32,513 nucleotides of DNA. It comes from a virus. Taxonomy: Duplodnaviria > Caudoviricetes. Where the stretch lies: positions 1 to 32,513 of IMG/VR virus record IMGVR_UViG_3300037465_000426; one strand, 5' to 3'. The notes beneath the pieces were generated by a model. The model searched no databases and was not told where the DNA came from. It saw nothing but the letters and a program-made list of their open reading frames with translations. Both the position numbers and the translations under genes were made by a program. Shown piece by piece: positions 27,732-32,513 of this stretch; position 1 is the first letter of the stretch; each line of letters starts with the position of its first letter.

Positions 27732-27785
27732 TAGGTTGGTTAGTTGGTTAGTTGATTAGTTAATTCGTTGATTTCTTGATTTGTT

Positions 27786-30700
27786 ATGATAAGAAAAATT
27801 ATATTGACATTGTCGATTTGTTTTGCTGCGCTGCCCAGTATGGCGCAGCCGGGCAAGTTCAATCAAAACCTGAACAGGCAGCGGCATTTTGGATTGATGA
27901 CGGATACGTTTTTTTCCCTGCCGCGGGATACTTTCCGCACCAATGTAAATACAAGTGCATACAAAAGTTATCCCTGGATGGGATGGAAGGGAAGCAAAGT
28001 ATTTATGTGGGATACACTGAATACAAAGTTTGTCGGTCTTGGAATTGACAGCGTGTATGTGAAGACAGGAACGGACAGCGTGTTTGTAAGGGAATACGGG
28101 GTCACAAAATTTTCATTTCTGAAAACGCCAGGCGCAGGTGTATATGTAGATACGGTATATGCAAGGAATGATACATTGTTTTATAGAAAAAACAGTGTAG
28201 AGTACGCTGTGAGAAAGATAACAGATGCGGAGAGTGTGCAGGATGCGATTGGTGCAATGATCAACGCAAGCCTGCAATATGTGGATGTAACTCCTGTACT
28301 TGCTATCAATGATCGTGATTTTGGTGATATAACTACAAGCGGCAGCGGCCTGACCTGGACAGTGGATGACCAGGCGATAACTTATAATAAGATACAGAAT
28401 GTAAGTGCTATTGACAGGGTGCTTGGAAGAAGATTTAGTGGTGGCAGTGTGGAAGAGCTGACGGGTGATGATGTGCTTGGCATGCTTGATATTTTTACGA
28501 GTGTTGACAATGGCATAGTGCCTGCAAGTGGTGGCGGCAGCACTAATTTTTTGCGGGCTGATGGCACATGGGGTGTGCCTGCGGGGACCGCCACCAACAA
28601 CACAAACGCCGGCGCCGGTTATCGTCTGCTCATACCTTCCACGCAGGGGATAAAGACAATATTCGGAGCCTTCGGGATACTGAACGACAGCACAAGCAAT
28701 ACGGATGCGATTACACAAAAGGCGGATACTACCAGCGGTGGCCTTACAAGCTGGTTGCGGACAAAATTTGTTATAGATTCTCTCGATGCCGCCGGGTGGG
28801 ATCCACAAGATTTGGAAAGCGTATTGAATACAGGAAGTAATATCACCGGGACGAAAACAATCAATAGCAGTGGTTCGCTTAATATTAACAATTCGGGTTC
28901 ATTCGAGGTTAAGATTTCCTCTGGCTCAAACTATTTTCGGCTTTTCGGAGACGCTTCAAATAGAGGCATGATAGAAACAACTGGCGGTAGTAATATGTTT
29001 GCAAAGTCAGAATATTTTTCATCGCCCGGCCTTGGTAATAATATTCTTCATAGTCGTGTTATCAGCAGCTTAACAGTTGGGACTTATTCAAGACAAAGTG
29101 ACACTGCATTTTTATTTCAGGATTCCAGCAGTTCTAAGTTGACAAAATTTTATGTAAAATATCTGCCATCCGATCCGGGCGATAAAGCAATTCGTTATAA
29201 CACTTCAACCGGGCAATTTACTATTGCGGACACAACTACTGGTGGTGGTGGCTACACCGATGAACAGGCACAGGATGCAGTCGGTGCAATGATTAATGCC
29301 TCATTGCAGTATGTTGATGCTACACCGTTGCTTGCGATTGCCGACAGGGATTTCGGAGACATCACCACAAGCGGCAGCGGATTGACGTGGACTATTGACA
29401 ATCTTTCGGTGACTAATGCCAAGATTAATGATGTAGCGTGGAGTAAAGTAACAGGCACGCCAACGACGTTAAGCGGCTACGGAATTACCGATGCGCTTAA
29501 TAGTAGTACAACTTCAACGCAGGACGGATATTTTGGTGACATATATTTATTCGACGACGGAACGCCATCGCATTATACAAAGATTACGAATAGCGGGAAT
29601 AACACATTGTTGCGGACGCTTAACCTGAATGTTAATGATGCTGACAGGACAATATCTCTATCCGGTGATTTAACAGTGAGCGCCACAGCAACGGTAAGCG
29701 GAACTAATACTGGCGACGTAACATTGGCAGGGACACCGGACTACATAACTATTTCCGGGCAGGTAATAACACGGGGCCTTATTGACCTTGCTACGGATGT
29801 AACCGGTGACCTGTCTTTTGCTAATATTATTCAAGTTGCCGGATTCTCGGTTTTGGGAAAATCCACAACAGGTACTGGTGATGTAGCTGCAATCACGGCT
29901 GCCGCCGATGAAGTTTTAAGGAGAAGCGGTAGTGGTGATCTATTATTTGGTACACTGGTAACAAATAATATTGGCAACGACCAAGTGACTTTTGCTAAAT
30001 TTCAAAACATAACTTCATCGCGTCTGCTTGGCCGCACAACGGCTGCCGCTGGCGATGTAGAAGAAATTACCGTAGCCGCACCGCTGACATTTTCTTCGCT
30101 GACTTTAGATTTCGACGAAACCGCTACACTCAGTAATAATGCCCGTGTAGCTGTGAATAAAAATAGCGGCGCAACGGTGGGAACAAGGCGCAGGATAAAC
30201 TTCATTGAAGGCAGCAATATCACTTTAACAATATCGGATGATGCGGGCAATGAAGAAGTGGATGTAACAATTGATGCTGCCGGCGGCGGCGGCGTTAACG
30301 CTGGTACGGCACTCAAAGCTGCTTATTATCCATCTACGGGAAGTACGGTGGATGATTATGCAGGTGTGGAATACGGCAACACGAATTTGAACGTAAAAAT
30401 TACTCAACAGGCAACCGGCGATGTGGCTTTCCAGATTAATAAGATTGCATCCGCAACGGCAAACTTATTTGAAATAAACAGCAGTGGTGGAAGTGGCGGT
30501 GATTATGTGTTGGTAAATAATAACGGCTCAGTAAAAGCGGGGCAAACATTATCGGTTGGCCCGGGCGGGTTGCCAAGCAGCACGCAGTTTTCAGTGAGGC
30601 CAAGTGCAATTAATACAACGATTGCATATTTTGCGACGGATCATAGTGGTACTAATGCCGTTGTAGAATTTGATAATAACGGTACTGCCGGTGCGGGGTA

Positions 30701-32153
30701 TTCTACTTCTTTTCACCTTATTAATGCAACTGGCGATAAAACCGAGTTTAATTTTTACGACGTCGGAGCCGGTACAGCATGGTATGCAGAGGCACGTACA
30801 ATGGTTATAGGTATGCCGGCTAATGTTGCATTTAAATTAAACACAAACGGTACGGATAATAACGGCTTCCGTGTATCTACCGATGGTACATTCACTGTAA
30901 AAGGCAAGTTTATTACCGGGATATCTGCTGGCGACCCGACTGGCAGCAACGGGATGTTCAATTATAATTCGACAACGAATAAATTCAGGATATTCGGTAA
31001 TTCAAGCTGGCAAACTATTATTACGAATACCGCAGCCGAATTCAGCCAATACTTTGACCAGGCGGAAACTGCCGCACCAGCAACGCCATCAACCGGCTTC
31101 GGACGCTGGTATGTTTCTTCAACAGGACTGCCAAGATTTATCAACGACGCAGGGACGGACTACGACCTTACAGCCGGTGGCAGCGGGGGTCACACTATTC
31201 GCAACGAGGGTACAGATTTGACGGCCAGAACAGGATTGAACTTCATCGGCTCAGCGGTTAATGCCGCCGATGATGCTGGTGGCGATGAAACCGAGATTAC
31301 ATTCGATGCAGAAGTGAACGGTATCGCAGATTTGGGAACGAATGGTGTTGTTGCAAGGACGGGTGCTGGAACTTTTGCAGGCAGGACGCTTACTGGTACA
31401 GCTAATCAAGTTGTAATTACCAACGGAGACGGAGTATCTGGAAACCCAACCTTCGATGTCGGCAGCGATATAGTGCAGATTGACCTTGCAAATGTCTATA
31501 CTGCTGGTAATAAACAGACCTTTGACGCAAATGCTACTAATGCGGATATTCGCCTTACAGGACACACGGCAGACCCATCGTCATTGAGCGCAGGTGACAT
31601 CTGGTACGAAAGTACAGCACATATATTGAAGTACCGGGGCAATGCAACAACGAGAACGCTGGTTAATACTGATGAAGCGCAAACACTAACAAACAAGACT
31701 GTTATAGATAACGTATTCACTATTGAAGATAATGGTGATGCTTCAAAGAAGGCACAGTTTGATGGCAGTAATATTCCAGCATCAACTACAATTACACTAA
31801 CTACGCCTTATGTAACCAGCACTATTGTAAGTTTCAAACAAACCAGCGAAGCAACCAATGCGACACCTGTGCCAACGGGTGATGCAAAGAGGAATGAACA
31901 CTACCTGACTGCCCTTTCAGCCAATGCCACTTTCAGCGCACCGAGCGGAACACTGACAAATGGGAATGGTCTGATAATCCGGATTAAAGATAACGGGACA
32001 GCAAGAACACTAAGCTGGAATGCGGTTTTTCGTGGAGGTACAGATATTGCTTTGCCGACGACAACCGTTGTAAACAAGACCATGTATCTCGGATTCATTT
32101 ATAACAGCGCCGATTCAAAATGGGATTTGATTGCATACATTGACAATCTTTAA
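27786..32153 (+). CDS. Large tail fibre/adhesin-like protein with an N-terminal signal peptide
   Basis: 1455 aa, G/T/S/N-rich modular repeats (PTTLSGYGITDA, QTLTNKT, IIRIKDNGTARTLSW C-terminal module); MIRKIILTLSICFAALPSMA-Q leader. Confidence 0.8.
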   Translation: MIRKIILTLSICFAALPSMAQPGKFNQNLNRQRHFGLMTDTFFSLPRDTFRTNVNTSAYKSYPWMGWKGSKVFMWDTLNTKFVGLGIDSVYVKTGTDSVFVREYGVTKFSFLKTPGAGVYVDTVYARNDTLFYRKNSVEYAVRKITDAESVQDAIGAMINASLQYVDVTPVLAINDRDFGDITTSGSGLTWTVDDQAITYNKIQNVSAIDRVLGRRFSGGSVEELTGDDVLGMLDIFTSVDNGIVPASGGGSTNFLRADGTWGVPAGTATNNTNAGAGYRLLIPSTQGIKTIFGAFGILNDSTSNTDAITQKADTTSGGLTSWLRTKFVIDSLDAAGWDPQDLESVLNTGSNITGTKTINSSGSLNINNSGSFEVKISSGSNYFRLFGDASNRGMIETTGGSNMFAKSEYFSSPGLGNNILHSRVISSLTVGTYSRQSDTAFLFQDSSSSKLTKFYVKYLPSDPGDKAIRYNTSTGQFTIADTTTGGGGYTDEQAQDAVGAMINASLQYVDATPLLAIADRDFGDITTSGSGLTWTIDNLSVTNAKINDVAWSKVTGTPTTLSGYGITDALNSSTTSTQDGYFGDIYLFDDGTPSHYTKITNSGNNTLLRTLNLNVNDADRTISLSGDLTVSATATVSGTNTGDVTLAGTPDYITISGQVITRGLIDLATDVTGDLSFANIIQVAGFSVLGKSTTGTGDVAAITAAADEVLRRSGSGDLLFGTLVTNNIGNDQVTFAKFQNITSSRLLGRTTAAAGDVEEITVAAPLTFSSLTLDFDETATLSNNARVAVNKNSGATVGTRRRINFIEGSNITLTISDDAGNEEVDVTIDAAGGGGVNAGTALKAAYYPSTGSTVDDYAGVEYGNTNLNVKITQQATGDVAFQINKIASATANLFEINSSGGSGGDYVLVNNNGSVKAGQTLSVGPGGLPSSTQFSVRPSAINTTIAYFATDHSGTNAVVEFDNNGTAGAGYSTSFHLINATGDKTEFNFYDVGAGTAWYAEARTMVIGMPANVAFKLNTNGTDNNGFRVSTDGTFTVKGKFITGISAGDPTGSNGMFNYNSTTNKFRIFGNSSWQTIITNTAAEFSQYFDQAETAAPATPSTGFGRWYVSSTGLPRFINDAGTDYDLTAGGSGGHTIRNEGTDLTARTGLNFIGSAVNAADDAGGDETEITFDAEVNGIADLGTNGVVARTGAGTFAGRTLTGTANQVVITNGDGVSGNPTFDVGSDIVQIDLANVYTAGNKQTFDANATNADIRLTGHTADPSSLSAGDIWYESTAHILKYRGNATTRTLVNTDEAQTLTNKTVIDNVFTIEDNGDASKKAQFDGSNIPASTTITLTTPYVTSTIVSFKQTSEATNATPVPTGDAKRNEHYLTALSANATFSAPSGTLTNGNGLIIRIKDNGTARTLSWNAVFRGGTDIALPTTTVVNKTMYLGFIYNSADSKWDLIAYIDNL

Positions 32154-32154
32154 T

Positions 32155-32513
32155 ATGAAGAAATTGTTTTTGATATTAATTTTTCCTTTGTTTCTCAGCG
32201 CAGAAAGAAAATCACCGCCAGCGTGGTCTGCTGGCTCATCCACTTCTTCTCAGGTTAAAACGTCTGCCAATTCCTGGACGACAACTAATACCAGTGGCAT
32301 TGGTTCATCCGGGCAGATATGTATTATTGGCCTTGCAACCGACAACCTTACCACAACCGATGGCGATGGCAATGACCATACATCGGTTACTGATGCAAGC
32401 GGAAACACGTTCACGCAGCTTACTGAGTTCACAAACGGGCAAGGCAGCGCCGCTGCCGGCGTTACTGTTTCGATGTGGTATTCCAAATTAACGGGTGCGC
32501 TCGGCAATGTAAC
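32155..32513 (+). CDS. Signal-peptide-bearing Thr/Ser/Gly-rich structural protein, truncated at the window edge
   Basis: MKKLFLILIFPLFLSA...SVTDASGNTFTQL...; open to the end of the window. Confidence 0.7.
   Translation, partial: MKKLFLILIFPLFLSAERKSPPAWSAGSSTSSQVKTSANSWTTTNTSGIGSSGQICIIGLATDNLTTTDGDGNDHTSVTDASGNTFTQLTEFTNGQGSAAAGVTVSMWYSKLTGALGNV

Larger units (their letters stand above)
246..32513. mobile_element. Mu-like transposable prophage with non-contractile-type tail genes; left end not pinpointed, right part truncated by the window
   Basis: Repressor, DDE transposase + AAA ATPase, Gam, GemA/Mor-like, gp36/portal/MuF/gpG/gp37-like, protease, capsid, tail tube, tape measure in a coherent phage order; no sheath gene seen. 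Confidence 0.95.

Noticed and set aside
27734-27781. CRISPR array
   Set aside because: Tandem 8-mers without spacers; no cas genes
25820-28808. Long minus-strand ORFs (210 aa, 231 aa) within tail genes
   Set aside because: Antisense shadows with atypical His/Ile/Cys-rich composition
27786-32513. Diversity-generating retroelement or invertible tail-fibre segment
   Set aside because: No reverse transcriptase, invertase or adenine-specific repeat pair; the fibre duplication differs at mixed, mostly synonymous positions
1-32513. Lysis cassette, tRNA or rRNA genes, tail sheath
   Set aside because: None recognisable; lysis genes probably lie beyond the right edge

Overview
The window is almost entirely one Mu-like (transposable) prophage. 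It probably comes from a Bacteroidota host, judged from A-rich start regions without Shine-Dalgarno sequences, TAnnTTTG promoter boxes and the protein families present. Left to right: repressor (-), then an early operon (+) with a Ner/Cro-like HTH, a frameshifted MuA-like DDE transposase, MuB-like ATPase, Gam, a second ATPase, many small ORFs, GemA-like and Mor-like regulators. Next is an inverted packaging/neck operon (-) with terminase small and large subunits, gp36-like, portal, MuF with a C-terminal GNAT-like domain, gpG-like and gp37-like genes. Then a divergent head/tail operon (+): protease/scaffold, major capsid, tail tube, G/GT chaperones, tape measure, tail proteins and a 1455-aa fibre; it runs off the right edge. 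No tail sheath and no lysis genes are visible. Most notable: (1) the fibre has a Sec-type signal peptide, a dense N-terminal cluster of Bacteroidota O-glycosylation sequons D-(S/T)-X and near-total avoidance of them in the distal ~960 aa, suggesting virion proteins exported and glycosylated by the host; (2) a T_TTT_TTC slippery site plus GC hairpin at the end of the portal gene predicts a -1 frameshift giving a portal-MuF-GNAT fusion, next to a candidate antisense immunity ORF with its own promoter; (3) an attC-like cassette in the early region; (4) a capsid protein with a hydrophobic N-terminal extension. All functional calls come from motif recognition and gene order, not database searches.
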